In this document: one piece after another, positions 1-13,301 of the stretch
How positions within the stretch are numbered: the stretch's first letter is position 1
How the letters are laid out: each line of letters starts with the position of its first letter
Assembly: GCF_001194135.2 (NCBI RefSeq)
Contig: NC_068981.1
Location: 86,253,049 to 86,317,048, forward strand
Reading direction: 5' to 3'
DNA: 64,000 nt
DNA from: Octopus bimaculoides
Lineage: Eukaryota
The notes under the pieces: model-generated
Databases searched by the model: none
The model's input: only the letters and a program-made list of their open reading frames with translations
Told to the model about the DNA's origin: nothing
Translations under genes and position numbers: made by a program

Positions 1-345
1 GTATTGGTTGTTTGGATCAAACTGCTGAGTTACAGGGATGTAAACAAACCAATACCATTATCAAGCAGTATTGGGGAAAACACACAAAGACACATATGAT
101 GGGCTTCCATGTACCAAATTCACTCACAAGGCATTGTTTGGCCTAGGGCTATAGTAAAATCCCAAGGTGCTCTTGTGGTGAGACTGAACTTGAAACCAGC
201 AAGCATATTAATCATACATCTATTTATGTAACATTTTTCTTTGGTCACATTTTTTGGAGATTTTTTTCCATTATTAGTATATCAAATACTTTTTCATAAT
301 TTGTGCTGATATTTTAGAGTAACATTAAAAAATGTGAGTATGAAA

Positions 346-348
<3 letters not shown>

Positions 349-383
<35 letters not shown>

Positions 384-478
384 ATGCGTGCACGTATGCT
401 TGTGTGTGTGTGCATGTGCATATGTTGCATACATGCGTGTGTGCATGTGTGTGTGCACACATGCATGCATGTGTGTGT
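349..478. repeat. Compound (TG)n/(CA)n microsatellite
   Basis: Direct inspection; similar tracts at 7975-8070, 34969-35062, 52948-52995 and flanking most gaps. Confidence 0.95.
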
Positions 479-1387
479 AATTTAAACCTTGGGGGCAAAA
501 TGTTTGTTTGAAGCAGGTACATGGTTTGTAAGCTTGTCATGATACATAACCATAATGATATATATATTGTTCACCATGTTAAATCTTCAAGATTACAAAA
601 TAGCATGGAAAGTTCTGTTCTATTAAGTTCTACAACCATAAACATCGTCACATTCTTTTGTTTGTATATTCTAACGTTTTTGTTAACATATAAAATTTAC
701 TCAAAGTTTATACCCAATGTTTAGCCCTTTAAATGGCAAGTGGGTTAACAATTTGTGATAAGGCAGTACTAGACAATTTTCTAAGCAATTTTGTTTATGC
801 TGGTTTCCCATTGACTGGGGTAAATATTTTTTTTTATTAAACTATTTTTACTAGGTTATTATGTACATATCAGTTTTTGCAGGTGATTTTTACATAAATT
901 AGTATTACCTTATTTTTGTAATTTCAGTATTTTATTTTTTTCAATCAATATGTGATCTGCTTTGTTCTATAGATTAGAGAAACAGTTCTTTGGTTATTGT
1001 GAAGAGGTAATCATAATATTGTATCTAATAAAAAGGATTTGAATGAGAAAACTCTTTTAAGTGATCATAGCATGGTCTTAGATTTATCTCTCTATTTGAT
1101 TGTTATTAGAGAGTAAGTTTTCAATTGTAGTTAATCTATCTTGTAGATTGGCTTATATTATGTTTTGGATATTCATTTTCAAAGATGCAATAATATGCAA
1201 ATTAATTCAAGATTTAGTTTATAATAGAATAATTCAATTTGGTTTCCAGCTTTATTCCCTTTTTGGGGGAACAGATACCAACATATACTAAACTATATGT
1301 GTCCATATGTGTGTGTCCATACTTGTGTACATGTGTGTATACATATGTTTACATATATATATGCATAATTTTATGTGTCCGCTTCAG

Positions 1388-1561
1388 GTGCACGGACTTA
1401 CAAAACACAACTAGAACTGCACTCCATCAAGCATCATGGCCGGCACAAGCAGGTTATGAGGAATGCAGATAAAGAACCTTCCAGACAACTCCATCTAGAC
1501 ATTCGATCTGAATCAATGGACTTTCTACAGCCTCAAGTTTGGAATCCCAAAGACACTAAAG
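1388..1561 (+). CDS. Probable exon of uncharacterised + strand gene (GARTYKTQLELH...VWNPKDTK); either internal phase 1-1 or first coding exon with ATG at 1456
   Basis: ttcag acceptor at 1386-87; open frame; AAAG|gtcaag donor at 1562 (weak); its phase-1 end joins in frame to the 6500 exon. Confidence 0.55.
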
Positions 1562-2094
1562 GTCAAGCTTCCTTTTTTTATCGATGTGTACAATAGTAAT
1601 TCACATCGGTATGGTGGTCAAATTTACATTTTGATGAATCTAATGGCTGCTAGCTAACAAGGATTCTTTTAAAACATAAATTAATAAATTAAAATTTGCA
1701 AAGTTCTTAAGTGAATCATGAGAATTAATTTGCAGCTTTGTATTTTCCATACTAACACGTTGGACTACTGATATCTTACCATGATAACTCTAATATATTC
1801 TAAAATTAATTTTACATTTAATTTTATTCATACTTCATATAGCAAATGTGCATCACAACCAAAGTTGAAAAATTAAATGCAACATGCGACAGCAGTATCA
1901 ACAGTAAACATCAGTTCATAAGCAATAAAATATTAACTAATATCTACATAATACATAATCATTTTACAAACATAATTCTATAAATATAAGCTAATATCTG
2001 CAAATACCATAGTATTTTATATTTTACAGTAAAATATGAAGTAGCTACATTGCATTCAACATTTTTCATTACTAAAGAAAGACCTTAGTGTATC

Positions 2095-2420
2095 TATACT
2101 TACTCTTTACTCTTTACTCTTTTACTCTTTTACTTGTTTCAGTCATTTGACTGCGGCCATGCTGGAGCACCGCCTTTAGTCGAGCAAATCGACCCCAAGA
2201 CTTATTCTTTGTAAGCCTAGTACTTATTCTATCGGTCTATTTTGCCGAACCACTAAGTTACGGAGACCTAAACACGCCAGCATCGGTTGTCAAGCGATTT
2301 GGGGGGGGACAAACACAGACACACAAACACACACACATACACACACAAACACACACACATATATATATATACATATATACGACGGGCTTCTTTCAGTTTC
2401 CGTCTACCAAATCAACTAAC
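2095..2420 (-). mobile_element. SINE family B copy with (GAGTAAA)n tail
   Basis: Near-identical to 42586-42818. Confidence 0.85.
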
Positions 2421-3215
2421 AATATTTATAGTAAAAAAAGCAACCTGAGGTCAGAATGCTTTTAGTTAAAATGTCAAAAGTTAAAGAGCAACAAAGAGGA
2501 CAGTTATCATTTCTTTTACTGTAATATTATAGAAGTGTAGATAGGATAGGAACATTTCTAAGTATGAATCAGTAATGCTAAATAATAATAAATCTTTTTT
2601 TAATGTGGACACCCAAGCATCTGAACCCAACCACTCATCAGCCTACTATTAGTGATGTAAACAGCAAAGTTGCATCATTTCTTGACTTCCCAAAAATAGC
2701 TAGAACTTTAATTCTATTACAAGATGTAATGTTTTTAAGATATCATATACTCTGTTATAATAGAATGAGAAGTCATGTTTTTTCAATTTAAATCTACTCT
2801 CAAACAAAAACAAGTAAACATTTTGAAATGGATCCAAATTTAGATGTTAAACACTGCTAGAAGGTTTTCTTATTCTTATGTGAAACTCTACTGATAAAAA
2901 GACATGTCTACTTCAGCAATCTGCTGCTTCAGACAAAAAGAGATTATCAAAAACAAATTCTTAAAATGTAGTAATGCTTTTTAATTCTATTATTCAGTGT
3001 ATATCTTCATCATAATTCAATGTCCNNNNNNNNNNNNNNNNNNNNNNNNNNNNNNNNNNNNNNNNNNNNNNNNNNNNNNNNNNNNNNNNNNNNNNNNNNN
3101 NNNNNNNNNNNNNNNNNNNNNNNNNNNNNNNNNNNNNNNNNNNNNNNNNNNNNNNNNNNNNNNNNNNNNNTATATATGTAAGTTTCTCTGTGTATGTGTG
3201 TGTGTGTACACACTC

Positions 3216-3445
3216 ATGAGGTGGAACTGAAAAGTTCCTGGCTTTGGATAAAAGAAAATACAGGAGGATCAGTTAATTATGATTTTATTTAACATATTCC
3301 CCTCTCAGATTCACACACTTGTTGCAGTGGTCCTTCAAGTTTTCTCATCCCTGTAAAAGAACTCAAGAGGCTGGGTCTCTAACCGGGCCTTTCACAACAC
3401 TCTTAAAACCAGGAACTTTTTTGGCACCCATCTCATTTATATATA
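3216..3445. mobile_element. Mariner-derived MITE
   Basis: Inverted ends atgaggtggaactgaaaagttcctgg / ccaggaactttttggcacccatctcat, similar to the 22697 TIR. Confidence 0.65.
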
Positions 3446-5479
3446 TATATATATATATAAATATCACAAGAAAAAGGCATAAAATTGCTCAATATGTGAC
3501 ATGGAGTTTGAATATTTGTGTTGACAAATTGATATTGGGGATGCATTACTTGAAGTTTCCCAGATGTAAAACAAATCCATGCTTGATCATTCGGCCACCA
3601 GTTTTCTTAGTGGTGTGGTCAGAGCATAGTAACCTTCCCAACACTCAGAAGTAAACAACATCAAGTAATGCATCTCTAAGGTGAGATGTTGATTCTATCA
3701 ACAAGAATTTACTTACAAAAATTACAAAGAAGTATAAGCCTCATAAAATTTCTTTCTGTTTAAATTATTAAATTACTACCTTATCTCTACTGTTGCAATT
3801 GTTATATCTACTGATATAAAATATTCTACATTTCAATATTTAAACCAGTTATGGATACATATCCTTATCACATCTGAAAGCAAATCAAAATTGAGAATTT
3901 CATGGGAATCAACCCAACATCCTCTAGTTGACACCTTAATGCATCAACCCCTGTCTTTGAACCATTCATCAGTCCAATATTCCATGTTTCAAAATTTTAA
4001 TCTAACATAGCTGTGTTGATCCTCTCTGAGTTGTGTTTATGCCATAATAATTGACTTCTACTCTTTGCCTCTATGACTCTACATTTCTGTTGACCCAGCA
4101 ATCTGTTGCATTTCACAATACAGAAATTGAAAAAATACTTTATGCTTTTCCATTTATATTTCTGTATTTAAAACATATCTTATAAACACACCTCTCATAT
4201 CCTATATTCCTAAACTTTCATAATGCTAACTTCCCTTGAATTGGGAACAATCTTTTATCATACATCAAAACAAGTAAATCATATGAAAATTTACTTAATC
4301 TACTAGTATCATATACCAAATTTCTTTCTTGCAAATTTATAATGTATTAAAATTTTTGGCAACTCTGTATGAGTGACATGCTATATATGTATGGGTTTTG
4401 TGATTGTGGTGTTTGTATATATGCATAAGTATGCATGAGTGTTGTGTTTATGACATGAAATTACTTAACTTTCAAAAATAGACCCCAGAACAACAGTTCA
4501 GTTTATATTTAATATTCTCTACAAAGAAACAGTAGAAATGACTGAGGCAGTAGAGCACTGGTCTGAAGTTTTTTTGATGTATTCATTTTCTTTTGTCATG
4601 TTTCTGAATTTAAATCATCTGTGGAATTTATAACCTTTTATTAGTTTTTTAAAACAATATTCTCTACAAATTATAATTGACTCACTTAAATCTTTTTCAC
4701 TGAATTAATCTTGATTTTTCTACTGGGCACAAACTTATTTCACTTCAGCTTAATTTTAATTTTTAATTTTTTTTTTTGCATGTTAGCTTTGTTTCTGTAA
4801 ATGCACAAATAATTATAAACCTGAGTCACAAAGATGTTTGTAAAAGTTTGTTTTCAGCTGTTATTTAATTAACATTAGTGGTGAGTGTAAAAATAAAAAT
4901 ATTAGATAATTGTATTCTGACATAAATATATGATTTCTTTATGTGCAATTGAAAGAATTTTAATGAAAATATGACAATATATTTAGTTATTAATACATTT
5001 GATAGTATAATTATACTAATAAAATATCTAAGAAAATAAATAATTTGTAAAATCAAAGCAAAAACATCCTCATTCAAGTCTGTTTTTAGTTGCATTTTTT
5101 TTATATCAAGTTAGATATGTACACACACAGATTAACTCAAATAATTAGACACTTGATTATAAATATATTTAATTTATTATCTGATAAAAACAGAGAACTT
5201 GCAAAAAACTAGAAATTTATAAATGTGACATAACTGATGTCCTATAAGAATTTAATTAAGAAAATAATTAAGTTTGGTTGATTATAATAGTCTGCACTTT
5301 GAAAACTATTTTTGCTTTTTATGAAATGTATCCATCTTATCCAATTTGGGATCAGGTTCATAAGGTAGCATAGATACTCGACTTTATTATTAGTCTGTTA
5401 TATTACAGTCTACAATGATGGTTTTGCTGTAATATAGCAACTAGGCATTTTGTTTTTACTTACTCAGTCTGGAAGCAAC

Positions 5480-5860
5480 CATGAGCTTTGTAGATCCTCC
5501 AAGACCAGTGAGCTTGATGCCATTAATGTTCTGTTTAGCATATTGCAGGCCAACACCTGTAGGAAACACATGAGCAGAGAGAAGATTCCAGAGGGTCAAT
5601 GTTCTAGGTGGGAAGAACTTGCTATAATGATTAGTGTAAGGCTGGAGGAGTGGATGCAACAAGGAAAATGAGAGGTGAAGAAACGAGTAAGACAATGGAG
5701 AGATGAGTAGGTCAGAGGTGAGATGAGAAAGACAAAGGAAAGACAAGTAGGCTTGAATTGAGGAGGTTTGAGTCCAGCCATCTCTAAGAAACAGATACCA
5801 TTGTTGTAGCAATAGAAAAAACAGAGAGAATGTCAGATAATGATTGAATGCCATCCGTCT
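5480..5860 (-). mobile_element. CR1/L2-group LINE 3' relic
   Basis: HYSKFFPPRTLTLWNLLSAHVFP resembles the FFPRT..LWN.LP end of CR1-group ORF2; similar + strand piece at about 45540-45740. Confidence 0.6.
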
Positions 5861-6499
5861 CTGGATAGAGTATTGGAACCTAAATGACCAACTAAAACCT
5901 TCGATAATCGTACTGCAGCTTGACTACAATCCAGTAGCTATGATCAATGACAGAGTAAAAAACTCGCTAAAACTACTTCCATTAAGTTTAACTTAGTAGT
6001 TAATGACTAATTTATGCACTAGCAATTAGTCCTAAATAAGAATCTATATAAAGCTCTTACTCAGAGCAAATTATATCTACATTTCAATTTTACAGCCCGA
6101 AAGTTATATATAGTATTTTTAACATGCATTTATAGTTGTTATAATTCTGATTAAAGACATCACGTTGTGTGTGCCAGTAGAAAGAAAATGTTTACATTGA
6201 AAGAAATTTAGGTCATCTATAGTTTCATTCAAGATTATTTCAGCTTCTAAAAAATATGTGGAGTTCTATACACATATAAAAGCAGATTTATCCATTAAAT
6301 AACTTGAAATTTATCCATATATGTCTAAAATGTTTTCTCACAAATTAACAGATTTCTTCTGATTTTATATCATCTTTCATTATTTCCTAATTACATTGTT
6401 GATACTATGATATTATGTTTGGGCATGAATTTTCTAATAAAGAATTATCTAATAAATTTTTACACCAATGTCTAATAGATTTATTTTAAATATGTTTAG

Positions 6500-6667
6500 A
6501 TCATGTTGAATTCACTACCTCTGGTATTCGGGTCCCAAGTTTGTCTGAAACAACAAGTTTGATATCCTTGTCACCAAAATTAGCTCGTAATCGCAAGCAA
6601 TTAGATATGCGCCAAAGAGCAATACTAAACCATGCATACAGCAATCCTCAATGCAATTCTTCTGCTG
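6500..6667 (+). CDS. Internal exon of uncharacterised + strand gene ((D)HVEFTTSGIRVPSLSETTSLISLSPKLARNRKQLDMRQRAILNHAYSNPQCNSSA)
   Basis: tgtttag acceptor; 168 nt open frame; CTG|gtaagt consensus donor; phase 1-1 matches both neighbouring exons. Confidence 0.75.
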
Positions 6668-7019
6668 GTAAGTATTAATGCATATGCAATTTTTTTGTTA
6701 ATTATTAAAATATAAGAATCTGTCAAATTTCTTATAAAAAGTACAAGCACATTCAGTTTAAAATCAAATCAAAGGTACAAATCAAAGTCTGTAGTGCTAT
6801 CATAATGACTTTGATATTCATTCCACTTATTTATTCTGCAGACTGCATGCCATGTTTCTAATCCTGTTTAAATATATTTTCAGTTAAGTCACTATTATCT
6901 TTTATTTGTATCTTTTACTGATTTCATTCATTGGACAGTGGCCATGCTGGAGCACTATGTCCTCGATCTTAGCCACCAGCTCAGCCTTAGTGTTGCAAGC
7001 AAAGCAGTTGGTGTCTTTC

Positions 7020-7640
7020 TCAACTGCAATGCATGCAAAGTAATCCATGGGATGACAATCCATGGTGGAGAGGGGACCAGAAATTGGGGTTGGTGAAATC
7101 AGAGAAATTTTCCACTTCTGACTCTTTCTGGAAGGTATGACAAAGTGCTGAATCCTGCTGCCTCACATATAGCTTTCTAATAGTAACTTTTTGCAGCCAA
7201 ATTTTGACTACAGTCTCCAACAGCTTCACATAGCCATCTTAATTGAGCCCAAGGCCTGGTTCAAAGATGTGGGGTGGCATGACATCACTCTCACTACAGA
7301 TACACCCAAAGACCATCACAGTTTGGGGGAACTTGGTTTTCATGATATATAGACCATCACATGGATTGTAGGCAAGCCATCTGTTGTTCTAAGTGTTGTG
7401 CAACTGGTTCTGGCAGAAGGTCTTTTCATCTAAGAAGAACCAGATCATCCTCAGCTCAACAAGATGCTTCATCTTATTCAGGAGCTTCTTTGCCTTTGTC
7501 AAGTAGTTCTCCTTGGCATTAGCTGTCAGAATTTGTCCCTTGCATCTCTTGTATGAGTAGCAGTGAAAGTCCTCATTCAGGGCTAGCTTCATGGAAAGCC
7601 AAAGAGTTTTAATATGCCTGTAAAGGTTACAGTTGTTTCA
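7020..7640 (-). mobile_element. Tc1/mariner-superfamily transposase relic
   Basis: Frameshifted DDD/E motifs: FFLDEKTF, QQDSALCHT, NFWSP. Confidence 0.75.
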
Positions 7641-8059
7641 TAATCTATGCAAAATTACATCATCAACTTTGATACAGATATATCGTTTTTGCATTTGGTT
7701 TGCAAGATTCTTGCAGACCTTAAAGAGAGAGGGTATATTATTGATGAGATAGCAAATAATTACGGAAGAACTTTGACAAACAACTGATTGATTGTTTAAC
7801 CAACACATTAAACAAACAATCAATCAGTTGTATAACCTGCAAGTTAAACAAAGAATCAATTAGTTAGTTGGTTAGGTATTTAACAATTGAATAACAATAA
7901 AGAAGTAATATTGAACTAGTTAATGTGTTTGTTATTATTGGTGTAATGACCCTCCCAAGACACAACATTATATATACATATATGTATGCATGTATGTATG
8001 TATGTATGTATGCATGCATGCATGCATGAATGCATGCATGCATGAATGCATGCATGTAT

Positions 8060-8169
8060 GTATGTCGTTATTTAGTCTTATTTCAAGATTTCGTGCCAAT
8101 ACAGAAAGAGCCGGTCTCTAACCTAGATCCATTGGAATTTCAACATCAACAACAATGTATTTTTGTATG

Positions 8170-8206
<37 letters not shown>

Positions 8207-8480
8207 NNNNNNNNNNNNNNNNNNNNNNNNNNNNNNNNNNNNNNNNNNNNNNNNNNNNNNNNNNNNNNNNNNNNNNNNNNNNNNNNNNNNNNNNNNNNNN
8301 NNNNNNNNNNNNNNNNNNNNNNNNNNNNNNNNNNNNNNNNNNNNNNNNNNNNNNNNNNNATATTTAAATGATAAACTTCCAGAAAGTTTTACAGATTTTT
8401 ACAGTTCCAGTGATGGATTGGATCTGTAGTCTTTGAATTAGCTTTCTCCTTTCTGGTTTTGAGAAGCCTAATTTCTAAAA
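8060..8480 (+). repeat. Dispersed repeat with internal (TA)n; second copy at about 33095-33420 (-)
   Basis: Shared ...AGAAAGAGCCGGTCTCTAACCTAGATCC and ...TTAAATGATAAACTTC..GAAAGTTTTA segments. Confidence 0.7.
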
Positions 8481-8489
8481 AAATTGTTA

Positions 8490-9200
8490 TTTAGGCAGTG
8501 TGTTACATATCCCAGGGCCCCAATAATTACAGGTACAAATCTGAACTTGTAATCTGGATAGCGTAACTGCAGATTTCTCAATAGTTCAGCATAGGTGTTC
8601 TCTTTTTCACATCCACTGGGCAGCTAATTTCCACAACTGTGTAGTTTCTCTTCTCTATCCCAAATCATTATATCAGGACTGTTGTGCTTACATTTTATTG
8701 AGGTCTTCCCTGGTACATTCCACCAGTACTCCTTTTTATGAGTGGCTGTGGCTTCTGACATATTGTGGGTTCTTATTTCTTTGTCCTCGGGATTATCCTT
8801 CCGAGGGATTTTGTTACAGATTGTCCTAGTTACAATATACTTTGTGTTTAATTTCAAGATGGTGGCCCATGATGAAGTCAGGTTAGCTATGGCTTTGACT
8901 ATTCTCAGTGGAACTTTAGCAAGTTGAAGAGTTTGTAATATCCATGAGTGGGGAACAGAGTCAAAAGCTTTCTTGCAGTCTAGCCACAATGAAATTAGGT
9001 TCCTCCTATGTTCTTGCACCTCTGACATCACAGTTTTGTTGATTAACAATTGCTCAGCACATACCCAGACACCCTTCTTCCCAGCTGCTTGTTCTGCTGT
9101 GATGATGTCATTGGTTTCACAATGGTCCAGGAGGAAGAGGTTTAAGCATCTTATACATTAAGTTCTGGCATGAAATTGGCCAGTAGATTTTTGCCATGTG
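8490..9200 (-). mobile_element. Internally deleted non-LTR retrotransposon relic (R4/Dong-like RT plus restriction-like endonuclease region)
   Basis: ORF 8624-9049 has RT motif WLDCKKAFDSVPHSW fused to WWN...PDIMIWD. Confidence 0.8.
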
Positions 9201-9313
9201 AATGGTTCTGCATTTGGGGATCAATTTTGTCTCTGCCAGAGCTAACCAGCCTATGTATGTATGGATGTATTAAAATAATAAAGAGAAGATTTCATGCTAA
9301 TTTTCTGTTATAG

Positions 9314-11193
9314 GTTCCACAGAGAGATTAACTCGTCCATTACTTTATGAGCACTCTGATGATGAAATAATTATTGTACCAAGGAATCAGATCAAAGTAC
9401 AGATGCATGATGTTGCAACTCAGACAGATTCAAGAAATGCTGATTTAAATAATGCAAATGGTGCTTCCTGGCAAAATGTCAGGATGAGTCACAATAGCAT
9501 ATTTAGTCAAAGCAGCACCATAAGTTTGGACAGAACAAGCTTGCATAGTGAACATAGTGTTAGTGATTACCGAGGATCAATGGAAAAAGTTAAAATGGCT
9601 GACAGCCGAGAAGAACTGCGTAAAAGTAAGACATTAGAAAATAAAATGCCAAAATGTAGATTCAGTAAAGAACTTGCACTTGATTATGCAGAAAATGAGG
9701 GGTCCTTACGTACTTACGAAGCTACCAATGGCATATGTGAAGTACAATTTGAAAAGTATCCTGAAGTAATGAATTCAGCAGACAAAAATAAACTGAACCA
9801 AAAAGCAGCTCCTGATATAGACAATTTTATCAACTCAGTCAAATTGGACAGAATAAAAAATACAGAAGACAGTCAATCCCTTCCACAACAAGACTATTCA
9901 TTTCCTAAACTTGAACCAAATATTTTAGTGGAAAAAAATGATCAAATTGTTCGGCAAAAAGAATACAGAAAAGATACAAGGGTAGCAAGTTCTCCTGTGA
10001 GTCCAACCGGAGCAAAGAATGTTGAAAATGTTGAATTAAAGAAAGTTACATTGTTAAAAAAAGACAAACTGAATGTCAAAATTGATAGCGATCCTCAGAA
10101 ATGTGCAGATGAACGAATGTTACAGAAAGAAGAAAATATCCCAGACAAGCTATACAAGATACCAAATAAAGCCCTGAAATCAAGTATTAAAAGGAAAGCA
10201 GTTCCTGTTCCACAAAGTTTGGAGAAAGTAAGTAAGTCAAGCAAAGATAAAATCAAGCCTACATTAGGTAAAGCATCTTCAGATGGACTTCGAGGAAAAA
10301 ATTTATTTGAACACAAAAATTCAAATGAAAGCAATATAGATGCACTTACTAAAAGCTCACCTGACAATACTAATTTGTTGGGTGAAAATTTATCCAACGG
10401 TAATACAGGTCTAAAAATTAAGAGTTTATCTGGAAGCAATGCAAATATTTTGGTAATGAGGTCACCTGACAATCCTGACAGTTCACTGATGAAGACTACA
10501 AGCATGCTGGTGAAAAATTCTCCTGAGAACAATCAATGTATTTTGATTAAGAATTCATCAAAAAATCCTACAAATGTGTTAGTTAAGAAATCACCAGAGA
10601 GCAATACATATGTCTTGATTAAGAATTCACCTGAACATAACACAAATGTATTTAGTAAAAACTCACCTGAACATAATGGAAGGGTGTCAGTGAAAAACTC
10701 ACCTGAACATAATGCTAGTGTATCAATGAAAAACTCACCTGAGCATAACGCAAGTGTATCAATGAAAAATTCACCTGAGCATAACGCAAGTGTATCAATG
10801 AAAAATTCACCTGAGCATAATGCAAGTGTATCAATGAAAAATTCACCTGAGCATAATGCAAGTGTATCGATGAAAAATTCACCTGAGCATAATGCAAGTG
10901 TATCGATGAAAAATTCACCTGAGCATAATGCAAGTGTATCGATGAAAAACTCACCTGAACATAATGCAAGTGCATCGATGAAAAACTCACCTGAACATAA
11001 TGCAAGTGCATCGATGAAAAACTCACCTGAGCATAATGCAAGTGTATCAATGAAAAACTCACCTGAACATCATTCGGTCGTGTTATTTCAAAATTCACCA
11101 AAGCACAATGTCAGTATGTGTGACAAGGAACCAGATCTTGAAGAATTAAACCAAGAACAGATTGGCAATCATACCAAAACATATCCTTCAGAT
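9314..11193 (+). CDS. Large (1880 nt) internal exon encoding a K/S/N-rich low-complexity region with DVATQTD motif and 12-aa tandem repeats
   Basis: ttttctgttatag acceptor; frame open from 9316, upstream of the 628-aa ORF in the track; GAT|gtaagt donor at 11194, after which the ORF runs into intron-like sequence. Confidence 0.85.
10513..11124 (+). repeat. Coding minisatellite, 36-bp unit x17 (10 near-identical central units KNSPEHNAS[V/A]SM)
   Basis: Direct inspection: units start every 36 nt from 10513; core units 10693-11052. Confidence 0.97.
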
Positions 11194-13301
11194 GTAAGTG
11201 ATTTATCTTTACATCACATATATTTTGCATACTATTATCTTTTTTTTTCCTCCTCTGCCTCCTCCTTATCATCATCATCATCCCCATAACCATTTTTAAT
11301 GTCCACTTTTCCATGCTTGCATGAATCAGATGGAATTTAAGGCAGATTTTCTACAATTGGATACCCTTCTTGTCGCTAACCTCTCCCGTCTCAAAGCAAG
11401 GTAATATTTCCCCATGGTCAGATATGTTTTCAATGTTTTTCCAGTAATGATGTTAAATATCTACCTAAAAATAGAATTGATATTTTCTGCAAGTCACGTT
11501 GCTTCAATGAACTTGACACATCTCAATGGGAAATAGCTTCAAACATGACATTCCTCAAGAAGATATAGACTGGTATATAAAATTTCTTTTTGTTGGTAAG
11601 AGTAATGGAATTTTCAGTATACACAACTGATTTTTGCAGTAAAAGGGTTAGTTCTGTTCTGTTTTAAACTTTGTCCAGTCATTAGAATTTATTTCATATT
11701 GGAAATTAATTTTCGTGTGTAGGTCTGTTTTGAACAATTTGTTTCTTTTAAATTCTAAATGTTTAAAAAATTGCTGCTGGTTGATTTTTGTTTGCTATTG
11801 ATATGTTTGTATTTTTAAACACAGTACATCCATCAGAAATATTATCTCTGGATGAATACTACAGTTAATTTGCCTTTCCCAAATATATTTACATTAAATA
11901 TGAGAGACAGATAGCTATTTTAATCTAATACTGCTTCTGTTGTATAAAGCAAACTTTTAAATACTTAATTAAAATATTCAATGATTTAGCAAATGAATGA
12001 AGCAGAAATTCATATTTCAGGTTATCAGTTAGTCTTCCAATGAAAATTAGAATTATTTGCAATTAGCCAAACAAGTAAAAGTTTGATTACTTTAATGATA
12101 ATGTAAACTTACTAAAGTGGTTTCATCATGCTATGGTCTCAGAAACTCTTCTGGGCCATTACCTTTTAATTTAAAGGGTGCAACATCACACACACACACA
12201 GAGCTTCCATCCACCAAATTCTACACACAAAGCAGGAGACATTTTCTCAAGGTGCTTGTCAGTAGAAACAAACCCAGAACCATGTGATTAAATGTGAACT
12301 TCTCAACCACATAGAAAATTTGGATGGCTCACTTAACTATTGTTTCTAAATTAGGCTCCAGGCCAGCAGTTTTGAGGGAAGCAGGGATCGTACATAGCAT
12401 CAACCCCAACACTTAACTGATACTTTATTTCATTGGCCCTGAATGAATGAAAGGCAAAATTGATTTTGATTGTATTTGAAGTGAGAATGTAGAGCTGAAA
12501 GAAATACAAGACATTTTGTATGACTCCTTACATATTCTGCTAAACCACTGCCCTCAAGTGATTGAATTAGCTTCTACTACAGCTAAAACTTTGGTAATTC
12601 TTGGTTCTTTTCTCAAAATGTGTAGGGTAAGGTTAATTAAGTGAATAAATACTAATATACCATTGGTACTTACTTTATCCACTCAAGGAGAACAACAGAT
12701 AAGGGATTTGAACACAGGACATAATGTACAAACAAAAATATTACAATACATTTACTATGTTATTGTCTTGATAATCACCATTGCCCATATTTTGGCAATA
12801 TTGTTAAATTTTGTTAGTTCTTAAGTCCACTCCTTCCTTAAATGTCTCTACATCAAATCATTTTGTCAAGATGTTAATAAAACTAGTCAACAATCTGTGT
12901 ACTTATTTCTGCACTACTTGACTAACGAAGAAGTATTTCCTGCATATTTAGTTGATTTCAATATTTATTTTTAAAAAACTACAGGAATAATGTGTTGCAA
13001 CTCACAAGTGACATATTTAGCAAGATAATTCACGAATATGTAATTCAGTTGACCAAACAACAGAATCCTTATCATCAAACCACAGAGATCCATCCATTGT
13101 CAACAATAGTTTTTTTGCTCGGGAGACCACAAACTAAGGATTAATAGGTTTGGGTGGGGTTCCATTATAGCACACGTTACAAATATAGACACTAACATAA
13201 ATTTTAGTAGCGGCAAGTATATGTTTGTGTAACATGCATCTAGACATATTGAATTATTAAGTTATAAGTACATGCTAACCTACATTTTATATTGTTTACA
13301 G

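Noticed and set aside
995-1440. C2H2 zinc finger reading YCEE + ...TYKTQLELHSIKHH
   Set aside because: The two parts are out of frame when spliced, and the second Cys and the conserved Phe are missing
10095-11101. Antisense ORFs 10095-10532 and 10715-11101
   Set aside because: Shadows of the + strand coding exon and its stop-free repeat
11194-11289. C-terminal VSDLSLHHIYFAYYYLFFSSS of the 628-aa ORF as a TM segment
   Set aside because: Lies after a consensus gtaagt donor and is pyrimidine-rich intron sequence
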